Positions 8,746-17,000 of a stretch of 43,981 bases of DNA are shown one piece after another. The translations under genes and the position numbers were made by a program. Location of the stretch: assembly GCA_964506645.1 (NCBI GenBank), contig CAZDML010000004.1, positions 1 through 43,981 of the forward strand. The letters run 5' to 3'. This stretch comes from an uncultured Elusimicrobia bacterium. GTDB taxonomy: Bacteria; Elusimicrobiota; Elusimicrobia; 2-01-FULL-59-12. Under the pieces are notes generated by a model. The model was not told where the DNA came from. It made no database searches and worked only from the letters and a program-made list of their open reading frames with translations. Every line of letters begins with the position of its first letter. Position 1 is the first letter of the stretch.

Positions 8746-10155
8746 TTACGGATGGGAGAAGGAGATAACGGTTTCGATGTGGGAGGTGTGTGGGAATAGA
8801 TCGACAGGCTGGACGTCTTCCACGCGGTAGCCGCCGCGGGTTAAGAGCGCCGTGTCACGGGCCAGAGTTCCGGGATCGCAGGAGACGTAAATCAGCTGAT
8901 GCGGACGCAGCTGTAAGATCCCTTGAACGACTTCTTTGGAGCAGCCTGCGCGCGGCGGATTAACGACGGTGAGCTTGCCGGAAGCGGGCCGATCGATCCC
9001 GGAGCGCATGAAGCGTTCAGTGGGTTCGCCGATAAAGCGGGCATTGCGGATGTTGTTGAGGCGAGCATTCTTCTCGGCGTCGCGGGCGGCGCTTTCCACT
9101 TCTTCCACGCCCAGCACAGCCTTAAACTGGGGCGCCAGATAAAGCGCGATGCTGCCGACGCCGCAGTAGAGATCCAGAAGGAGATCCCCGCGCGCCGCCT
9201 TTTTCACCACGTCATACAGCACCTTCGCCTGTACGGTGTTGACCTGAAAAAAGGATCCCGGCGATAACAGAAACCGTAAAGTTCCGAGACGTTCTTCGAT
9301 CGTCTCTGCGCCGGCGATGGAGCGCCAGCGCCTGCCGAGAATGACATTGGTATGGGCCGGATTGATGTTCTGATGAATACCGGCCAGGGCCGGAAATTCG
9401 GTGACCAGCGTCTGGACGATTTCGCGTTCGTGGGGGAAATCGGGGGTGTACGTGACAAAGGCGAGCAGCGCCTGTGTCGCATTTTGTGTGGTTCGTACCA
9501 ACAGATGCCGCAGCCATCCGGTGCGACGGTCTTCGTCATAGGCTCGCACGCCATACCGTTCCAGGAGCGCCCGCGCCCGGTTTACAATGGCGACCGAAAG
9601 CTCGGGCTGCACCAGACAATCCTCGATCGGCATAATGTCGTGCGATCCCGGCGCATAAAAACCTGTGACCAGTCGCTTCCCATCCCAGCCCACCGGCTGT
9701 TGCACCTTGTTGCGGTACCTCCAAGGATCCTTCATTCCGATCGTCGGGTTCACGCGAACGCCTTTTACGCCGCCAATGCGCTCAAGGGTTTCACGGACAA
9801 GCTCGGTTTTAGCGCGGAGCTGAGCATCGTAGGTTAGGTGCTGCCACGTACATCCGCCGCAGAAGAGGGATTGCTGTTTATTTAGTTGGAAGTGGTAGGG
9901 ACAGGCCGGTGTAATACGTTCTGGCGACTGCTCGATGACACGGACGGGATACGCACGGGCAAAACGATCGCGGGTTTCGGTAATTTCTACTTCGAGTGTA
10001 TCCCCCGGAGCGGCGTAGGGAACAAAGAGGACGCCCTCATCCGTACGGGCGACGCCATCACCACCCAGCGAGAGCCGCTCAATGGTGACGGTGCGCCGCG
10101 AACCGATCTTAAGGAGTTTGTTGCGAGAATCCACAGGATTACCCGTAAATTCCAA
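8746..10155 (-). CDS. rlmD: 23S rRNA (uracil-C5)-methyltransferase, RlmD/RumA family
   Basis: TRAM N-domain, CPYH..CGGCTWQH Fe-S motif, SFFQVN, DLYCGVG, NPPRAG, catalytic YVSCDP and DLFPHTSHIE. The called TTG start lies in a repeat element, so the real start is probably slightly downstream (e.g. GTG 10134). Confidence 0.92.
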   Translation of the reverse strand: MEFTGNPVDSRNKLLKIGSRRTVTIERLSLGGDGVARTDEGVLFVPYAAPGDTLEVEITETRDRFARAYPVRVIEQSPERITPACPYHFQLNKQQSLFCGGCTWQHLTYDAQLRAKTELVRETLERIGGVKGVRVNPTIGMKDPWRYRNKVQQPVGWDGKRLVTGFYAPGSHDIMPIEDCLVQPELSVAIVNRARALLERYGVRAYDEDRRTGWLRHLLVRTTQNATQALLAFVTYTPDFPHEREIVQTLVTEFPALAGIHQNINPAHTNVILGRRWRSIAGAETIEERLGTLRFLLSPGSFFQVNTVQAKVLYDVVKKAARGDLLLDLYCGVGSIALYLAPQFKAVLGVEEVESAARDAEKNARLNNIRNARFIGEPTERFMRSGIDRPASGKLTVVNPPRAGCSKEVVQGILQLRPHQLIYVSCDPGTLARDTALLTRGGYRVEDVQPVDLFPHTSHIETVISFSHP

Positions 10156-10271
10156 TCATCAAATTCCAAGCTCCAAATAAGCTCCAATAATTAAACATCT
10201 AAACAGGTTTTGTTTTTGTATTTGATGATTATTTGTTTATTTGGTTATTGGATTTTGGTGATTGGAGTTTG
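10148..10271. repeat. Heptamer-built imperfect inverted-repeat element, copy 1
   Basis: Left arm ttccaat-catcaaa-ttccaag-ctccaaa-(taag)-ctccaat..; right arm ..(ttta)-tttggtt-attggat-tttggtg-attggag. Same architecture at 28752 and 32967. Confidence 0.85.
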
Positions 10272-10691
10272 TGAACCATTGTCCTGGCTCAGACGATGCA
10301 GAGTGTCCTGCACATCCGGCAACAGGGCGCTCTTGGGATATTTTTCCTGAAAGGCATTTAATGCGGCGATCGCTTCCGCGCGTTTCCCTTGGCGGGCCTG
10401 TTCCACCGCTTCGCGGTAGACCTTTACTTCGGCGACGTCCACGGCCTGCGATCCTTTCTTTTCCTTCCAATAGAGAGCCGATTTTTCCTGCTTCGCGCCG
10501 CGAAGACCCGCAACACTGGCGGAGCCGGCCGTCGGTTTATTGGCTCGTTGTGCGGTGTGGTCGAGCTTCACCTGAAGTTTTTGCAAGTAATCATTTAAAT
10601 TTTCTACGGGCTGCGCGGTTTCTGCCATCGCGCTTGCGCCGAGTATTGCGGTAAGCCCCAACACCACCAGCCAGTTTGTTCTACGATTCAT
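10245..10691 (-). CDS. Exported hypothetical protein with coiled coil and one TPR-like hairpin (CpoB/YbgF-like C-terminus)
   Basis: AGGAGG RBS before ATG 10691 (MNRRTNWLVVLGLTAILGASAMA = Sec signal); YREAVEQARQGKRAEAIAALNAFQEKYPKSALLPD resembles an outer-membrane-type TPR. Confidence 0.75.
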   Translation of the reverse strand: MNRRTNWLVVLGLTAILGASAMAETAQPVENLNDYLQKLQVKLDHTAQRANKPTAGSASVAGLRGAKQEKSALYWKEKKGSQAVDVAEVKVYREAVEQARQGKRAEAIAALNAFQEKYPKSALLPDVQDTLHRLSQDNGSQTPITKIQ

Positions 10692-10730
10692 ATGACCTCC
10701 TGTTGGATGCTGCTGTTTTTGAAAAATCCC

Positions 10731-10759
10731 TTGCACGAAAAGTCTTTTGGCGTTATACA
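10731..10759 (+). promoter_or_regulatory. Sigma70 promoter TTGCAC-N17-TATACA
   Basis: Hexamers at 10731-10736 and 10754-10759, upstream of the 19-aa sORF. Confidence 0.65.
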
Positions 10760-10798
10760 CAAAGTGTCGTACAAAAAAAACGGGAGGTGAGACCGCTC

Positions 10799-10858
10799 AT
10801 GAAGAAAAAAACCAAGAAGCACGGAAAAAAAGTTAAACGTACCCATAAACGCCGTTAA
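10799..10858 (+). CDS. 19-aa highly basic small protein MKKKTKKHGKKVKRTHKRR
   Basis: GGGAGGTGA RBS 8 nt upstream, own promoter and downstream intrinsic terminator. Confidence 0.65.
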   Translation: MKKKTKKHGKKVKRTHKRR

Positions 10859-10887
10859 GTCCGCCTGAACTCCGGCGGATTTTTTTT
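10859..10887 (+). terminator. Rho-independent terminator
   Basis: TCCGCC/GGCGGA stem, 8-nt loop, followed by 8 T. Confidence 0.8.
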
Positions 10888-10904
10888 CGTCCGGATTTGT
10901 ACGG

Positions 10905-10941
10905 AAACCTCGCCAGCGGGAAAGTGCCAACGGCGGGGTTT
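10905..10941. terminator. Second stem-loop (possible terminator between convergent genes)
   Basis: AAACCTCGCC pairs with GGCGGGGTTT (10 bp, one G-U on the + strand). Confidence 0.35.
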
Positions 10942-10957
10942 TCATTTTAGGATTTTT

Positions 10958-11191
10958 TTATCCAACCAGGAAAATGAGATAGACGCCGCAAAGGAGCGCT
11001 GTCCCTGCGCCTGTCACCATCGTGAAAGGAAAAGTCGATTTGAAATGAACGAGGAGTCCGGACGACGTGCTGAGGGCGCCCGCGTGTCGCTGGTTTTCAC
11101 GCCACACCTGATAACTGCGCACACAGGTGACGATGCCCCACAAGAGGCCTGCTCCGGCATAGACAATTTCGTTTCCGTCGTGAGGTCTCAT
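10958..11191 (-). CDS. Small two-TM hypothetical membrane protein (77 aa)
   Basis: Two hydrophobic segments (IVYAGAGLLWGIVTCV; FTMVTGAGTALLCGVYLIFLVG); no competing better ORF. Confidence 0.55.
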   Translation of the reverse strand: MRPHDGNEIVYAGAGLLWGIVTCVRSYQVWRENQRHAGALSTSSGLLVHFKSTFPFTMVTGAGTALLCGVYLIFLVG

Positions 11192-11439
11192 CGTAGGCGG
11201 AGTTTAACGCCAGATCGACGGTAATGCAATGGAAAATCAATAGCGTGAGGAAAAATTTACGACTTCGTGAGCCGATGCCGCCGGACATTGTACGCGGCGA
11301 GGTCGGGTCATGGCGGCAGGCGTGTTTCGCTGCACTCCTCAGGGCTTCATGGGACCGGCAAAGGCATGCAAGAGGAGACCCGCTAAAATGACATAAGTTA
11401 AATTTGGTCTAAAAATAGAAGCAAAATCGACAGCCAGAC

Positions 11440-11892
11440 CTACCGTAGCCAGTCTTGATGAAACTCTTGCCCGTCCCACCAAATCAGGGAATACGACGTG
11501 TCTTTTCCGCAGCCGATGGCGGTGTTTTTCAGAGAAATCTCTTCTGTTCCTTTATAAATACCTGGGGGGCGTATGTCCAGGGGATCACAGTAGCGAGCAT
11601 TTGGGACGGGCATCATGCGGTAGGCGATGTGGGTGGTTCCGGAGGAGAGGGCGACCAAGAGTGTGGTGCAATAAAAGGAAGGATCACAGTCGTCTGGTTT
11701 CAAAATCAGGGCATAATCGGCCTGATGGTCCCCGTTCAAGTCGCTGCTGACCCATCGGTCCACCGGATCCATGGGGTAGCGTTCAGATAAATACGTCTGG
11801 ATATTTTTTGGGAGAGTCTCGGTCGGCGCTCCCGCCGATGCCGGAAGCGAGCTTAAAGACAGAAGAACGGAAAGAAAGAAGCGGGTCCACAT
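11440..11892 (-). CDS. Secreted hypothetical protein (150 aa) with DxNGDxxxD Ca-binding-like loop
   Basis: Sec signal MWTRFFLSVLLSLSSLPASA; DLNGDHQADYA motif; four Cys. Confidence 0.75.
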   Translation of the reverse strand: MWTRFFLSVLLSLSSLPASAGAPTETLPKNIQTYLSERYPMDPVDRWVSSDLNGDHQADYALILKPDDCDPSFYCTTLLVALSSGTTHIAYRMMPVPNARYCDPLDIRPPGIYKGTEEISLKNTAIGCGKDTSYSLIWWDGQEFHQDWLR

Positions 11893-11934
11893 GCTTGAAT
11901 GATTTCAAACTTCGCGGGTGTGGGCAAGCGTTGG

Positions 11935-13884
11935 TTATGCGGCCGTGTCGATGCGTCGTTTGGATTTTCGGGCAGGAAGCGGCGCAGGGTCGGCGTCTTC
12001 CCCTGAGGAATGGAAAATGGTGAGGGTATGCGTCTGGGGATCATATAGCGGCTGCTTCAACAGGTAGTCCGGACTGGCCCAGAACAGCAACTCATCCACT
12101 TCATCGCGCGATAGATACTGTCCGTCACGCACAATGCGAATAATCGCTTCTTCCTGGTTCTGCGAGACCAGAAGTTTCCAGGCGGCCAGTGCGGCCATAG
12201 AAGGAATATCGTGATAGGTGCTCTGCGCGAAACCGCGCAAGCCGCCGGGGACCGCGATTTTTACTGTATGTAAATGTTGCTCGATGCTTTCCCGGGCGGA
12301 TACCAGGAGTCGCAAGAGCACGGGCTGGTCGGTTTTGTGAAGTTCGCTTAAAAGACGCAGACGATGGGTCAGGGTCAGCAGCTTCTTGTACTCAATGAAT
12401 AGAATCCCTGGGATTTTTTCCAGGGCCATGTGAGACATATCCAGTATATGCGTGATCAAATGAGTGTCACGGCCCAGCAGGGTCCTAAAAGCAGCGCCAT
12501 GGTTTTTCCAGATCCATTGCTGTTGAACCAGCAGTTGACCTTCCGGAGGCACGGCGACCAGAACCGTCTTTTTTGTGCTGTGCTTGGAGGGATCCCAGAA
12601 GAGCAGGGGTTTTTTCCTGGGAGCCGCGGCTGATTTTAAAAGAATATCCTCCCACACCCGCTCAAGCATATCGTGCTGCTCCTTGAGCTTAGAGCGCGGG
12701 TGATGCGCGAGCAGGTGCAGTCCTTTGGGTCGGCCGAGATAAATGTCTGAAAACGATAGGCCCGCGTGCGACTGTCTTTCATGTTTGCGATTTTCGTGAT
12801 CCGCATCCGAAGAGGCCGTCCCCTGGGCAGAACGGACGAGGGTCCACAAGGGTTGCTTTTCAGGGAAGAGATCCGGAAATTGGCCGCGCAGAATTTGTAA
12901 ACAGGCCATCAGGTCAAACCCTTCTACGTCCAGCGCATTTTGAATGCGGTCCAGGAGCGCGCGGTGTTGGTGCACAAGCTGGCCTACCGCAATATCCTCG
13001 TCATCCGAATCGGTAGGCGGATGAATGATCAGGGCTGATTGAAGTGCACGGGTAAAGTCGCGCAATTTTTCGATATCTGCAGGCCCGGCTTCTCCATGGG
13101 TGAGCCGAAGGCTGATCGCCTGCATTTCTGGAGCCACTGATTCGATGAGCATCGGATAAATGTTCACGTCGATTTCGTCCACGCCAGAAAGAAATTCGTT
13201 GCGCAAGTGATACCCTTGCAATGCCAGAAGCCGGAGCGCGGCTTCCGGGTAGTGCGCCAGTCGGACCGCCCTTTCTGAAAATCGGACGTGGTAGGCGGCC
13301 GCGGCATGAACCATCCAGTCCCACACGGTGGGCAGCGTATTCGGCCAGGCATCCTCAGTTTTGACCCAGCCGTCCAGGAGATGTTGGGCTGTCTTAAGCA
13401 AGGGCGCGGCCTGAGCTTGCGGAATATCCCCTTCCAGAATTCGCTCCATGACTCGAATCAAATTTTCGTCGCGAGGGTTTTTTAAATCCACATCGAGCAA
13501 ACCGGCGCTAAGGAAAAAACGGTCCCAGGCGGACTCTCCGCTGCCGCTTTTGTGAATTCGAACACCGGGCGGAAGGCTCATGCCTATCGCGATGGGAATT
13601 CCGGAGGGATGGTCCTCGGCATGGCTCCATGTCCAGTTTTTATGAAGAGTCAACGGGGAGTTCTGCCGGATTTTCCAATCGATTGGGGAATGTCCAGTAA
13701 AGGCAACGACCAGTAGAACTGTAAGCGCTTCGGATTCCGTCCGGGGGGTGTAAGACGCATCCCCTGGAGCCGCGTTTGAACGAGGTATTTCTACTAACGG
13801 GAGCGCAGCGGCGACCGCAGGCTCAAAGCCCAGGCAGAAAGCAAGCACCACCGCGGCGCAGCGAAGGAAGAGTTTGTTCGTCAT
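11935..13884 (-). CDS. Hypothetical protein (649 aa from MTNKLF) of the conserved-leader/AA-tail family
   Basis: Leader MTNKLFLRCAAVVLAFCLGFEPAVAAA aligns in register with the two giant ORFs; ends KRRIDTAA. No recognisable domain. Confidence 0.8.
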   Translation of the reverse strand: MTNKLFLRCAAVVLAFCLGFEPAVAAALPLVEIPRSNAAPGDASYTPRTESEALTVLLVVAFTGHSPIDWKIRQNSPLTLHKNWTWSHAEDHPSGIPIAIGMSLPPGVRIHKSGSGESAWDRFFLSAGLLDVDLKNPRDENLIRVMERILEGDIPQAQAAPLLKTAQHLLDGWVKTEDAWPNTLPTVWDWMVHAAAAYHVRFSERAVRLAHYPEAALRLLALQGYHLRNEFLSGVDEIDVNIYPMLIESVAPEMQAISLRLTHGEAGPADIEKLRDFTRALQSALIIHPPTDSDDEDIAVGQLVHQHRALLDRIQNALDVEGFDLMACLQILRGQFPDLFPEKQPLWTLVRSAQGTASSDADHENRKHERQSHAGLSFSDIYLGRPKGLHLLAHHPRSKLKEQHDMLERVWEDILLKSAAAPRKKPLLFWDPSKHSTKKTVLVAVPPEGQLLVQQQWIWKNHGAAFRTLLGRDTHLITHILDMSHMALEKIPGILFIEYKKLLTLTHRLRLLSELHKTDQPVLLRLLVSARESIEQHLHTVKIAVPGGLRGFAQSTYHDIPSMAALAAWKLLVSQNQEEAIIRIVRDGQYLSRDEVDELLFWASPDYLLKQPLYDPQTHTLTIFHSSGEDADPAPLPARKSKRRIDTAA

Positions 13885-13900
13885 TAAAATACCTGCGAAA

Positions 13901-13928
13901 AGTATAGGGGGTTTTGAGCAGCAGACAA
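13901..13928 (-). promoter_or_regulatory. Putative promoter TTGTCT-N16-TATACT, 16 nt upstream of ATG 13884
   Basis: Hexamers read on the minus strand. Confidence 0.5.
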
Positions 13929-14049
13929 ATAGAGCCAAAGTCTATAAATAGGGAGAAAAAGACCCTAAAAAGCCTGGGCCCTTAGGCCTGTATTTTTGCC
14001 CTTCCGATCCATAGATCCACCGACGAGAAGTCGATAGACTTTAGAACGC

Positions 14050-17000
14050 ATGAAATCCCACCTTTTCACACGAATTATTGCGGCCGTTTTGTGCCTTGCG
14101 ATGGGGCAAGAACCTGCAGCACAAGCAGCGCAATGGGCAACGGCCAATGAGCAACGGGCTACACATTGCGCATCGCGCATGGCCCATCGCGACGTTTCTC
14201 CTTTTTCCTCCCAAGCCTTGGTGGGCTGCCTCATCGCAGGCTTTGTCGGCTTTCATGCGCTTCACCAGGGGCATGCCGAGGCTATGCAACTTCGTATCAA
14301 TGCTGGGACCTTGCTGGGGATTTTAACGGGTTCAGCCGTCCTGGGCATTATGAAGTCCGGTGACAGTACCCCTCCTCCTATCGCTCTACAGATTCAGTAC
14401 CTTTCCACGGCGCCTCCCCCGATCTATCAAGACGCGATTCGACATTTTTTTGATGAAGAGGATTACCTTAGTCTTCGCGAAAGCGTACGACTCTCGGGTG
14501 GCCCGGACAATTTGGATGGCTATCGAGTAGCGCTCTTTATAAAAACGGTGCAAAGTGCAGAAATAGCCATTGTTTCTGAAGTCCGCTATGAAGCTATTCA
14601 CACCGTTACAGGAAAAACACATAAAGGGAAATTCGCCCTGCACTCGTCCTGGTTGGACAACCCGGAAGATCTACAGCAGGAGCTGTTAACTCTTGAACGA
14701 CTCCGCAATGACTCGCCCGACTTGTTCGAGAGCATTCCCGCACTCTATACCGTTGCTAGGATTTTGATCGATAGAAATCAACCGATCATTTTCGGAACGA
14801 CGGACTGGGTTCCGGTCGAAGATATTAATTTCCGTCTGAACCCATCGGGAACGCATCTAGAGCCCTACATCACTTATTTGGATCAGCCCTCCGATTCCTT
14901 ATCCCCCGAAGACGCTGATTGGGTGACAAGAGAAATCGCCCGCCTCTTAATTTCCACGGCATTAACTGGAACTACTCTGGTCCCGTCACTCAATACCGGC
15001 ATGTTTGCGCTAGAGCGGCGATCGGGGGATAGGCCTAAAGTCTGGCTTGTCGGAGGAACTCCGCTCAGAGAAGAAGCGATTGAGTCTGCTGTCGGGGCAC
15101 TCGCAGAGCAATTTTTAATGCTTCTGGGTCTTCGACTCTATGATGCCGAAGAGCATCGAGCGAAGAACATGGATACAGGGTTACCCACGCACCCGATTTT
15201 TACCCCCGAACAGTTGCTGGCCGGTTTCCATGCGATGCTCATAGATAAAGTAGGTGCAGTTTCCGGCATGAAATTATTCATCGCCTTTGTCGCTCAGCTG
15301 GGATACAGCATTGAGCGCCTCAACACATTAGAAGAATATACCGGCTTCACCCCCGAAGCACTGACGGAGCGTTTAACAGCCTATTTACACACTCTTCATC
15401 CCAGGGCCATCGTTGCAAAGTCTCCCTGGGGCCAACTCTACGGAGAACTGAATGAAGGCAAAGAGCATCTTCAGACTCTTCTGAAAAAAGAGGGTCTTCA
15501 GATCCTGCTTCGGGCTTACCCGCAGATCCAAGAACTAATCGATACCGCGCGTTTTGCTGACCTGAAAGTTCTCATCGAAGACATCATTGCGCCGGAGCAG
15601 GAAACAACGATTTTGTTCGAAGCGCCGTTCATCCAGTCCCTGAAATATCTTCGACAAATCCAATTTCTAAGAAAAGAGGATGCGGTTCCATTTGTTCGAG
15701 ATGTTTTCAAAGCCATCGTGGGCCAGTTTGTAAACGAACATCAGATTGGTTTTGTGGCAGGCCAATCCGAAGCGATTGCTTTGGCTGTGGAACAGCTTCA
15801 AGCGCTTTATGAGGAAGTTTGGGGGTGGACCGATGATTTGCAAACCTTCATGGTGGAACTTGTGGCTGCGCGCGAGTGGAGTGTCGAAGAAGCCAGCCAC
15901 AAACTAAAACGTCTTCTGGTTGCACTCACCGAGCGGCACCGTACTTACAACCAAAGCATCCGTCTGCGAAAACCCGGCTTTGAGAACAAGCCCTATGCCA
16001 TGACAGGGGGAAGTTCTGAGCGAGCCGTGGTGCGGTGGCCCTACGTGGGTATTGAGGGACAACAGCCCTTGTCCCATACGGGTGTTTGGCCACAAGCTCA
16101 GGCGCTTTTGGACTTTCTGAGCACGCCAACCACGAAATTGCCGAAGTATGCCGACATCATTGTGATTTTTGGCAATGACCTGCTGGCCTCCTCCCGAAAA
16201 GGCGCGGAACTCTATAAGCAATACACAGCGGCGGCCAAAAAACTAGGACGTCCTTTCCCGAAAATATTCGTGACGGGCGGCAGCGGCCGGGACACGCCGG
16301 CGCATTGGGTGAAAGGGGAAGCTCACGCGCATCAGCAAATTCTCCGTGAGCACGCTATTTCACCAGGGCGCATTTTCCGGGAATCAAGAGCAACGAATAC
16401 AGAAGACAATGCCATTGCCGCAGCCAATTTCTTCCTTCAGCGCGGATATACCGAGGAGGATCCTGTCGATACGGTGGTTGTCATTCAAAGCCCTGCCTCG
16501 ACCCTGCGTGCACAGTTGACGCTCGAAAAGTGGGCTGGAACATTGGCCCGGCGGGTCGTGGGTGTTGCCCCTTTTGATCCCGATATCGAGCGGTCCGACC
16601 CGGCCACACGGCTGCGGCTCCTGGAGACCGCCGTCGGTGAAATTGGCCGTCTTCTGGATTATCCGGGCAAAGGCTATTTCCGTGCTGTCGAGATTCCGGA
16701 TGAGATTCTTCAATTAACGTTAGATGTCCAACGCTCACTGCTCACCGATCCTTCTCTGCGGCCAGAAACGCGTACGGCACTGATTCGTTGGGGAGATGTG
16801 ATGAGTGTAGAACTCGTGCGCAGGGCTTTGCCGGCGGGCCGCAGCCCTCAGCACTTTCCGCCTCCGGCTCCATTCGAACCTACGACGCGAATCCTAACAG
16901 CTTCTGGCAATTCCAATATGAGTTATTTGAACCGTCATACGTCGCAATGGTCTTGGATGCGTAGGGAATTGTGGCCCACCATGATTCAAGCCAAAGTCGC

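Noticed and set aside
10895-10945. Possible c-di-GMP or other riboswitch around GGAAA..GAAAG
   Set aside because: Lacks the c-di-GMP-I consensus and has no downstream + strand gene; treated as a plain hairpin.
11097-11288. 63-aa minus-strand ORF
   Set aside because: Its ATG lies inside a TACAAT -10-like box, it has no SD, and it overlaps the better 77-aa membrane ORF.
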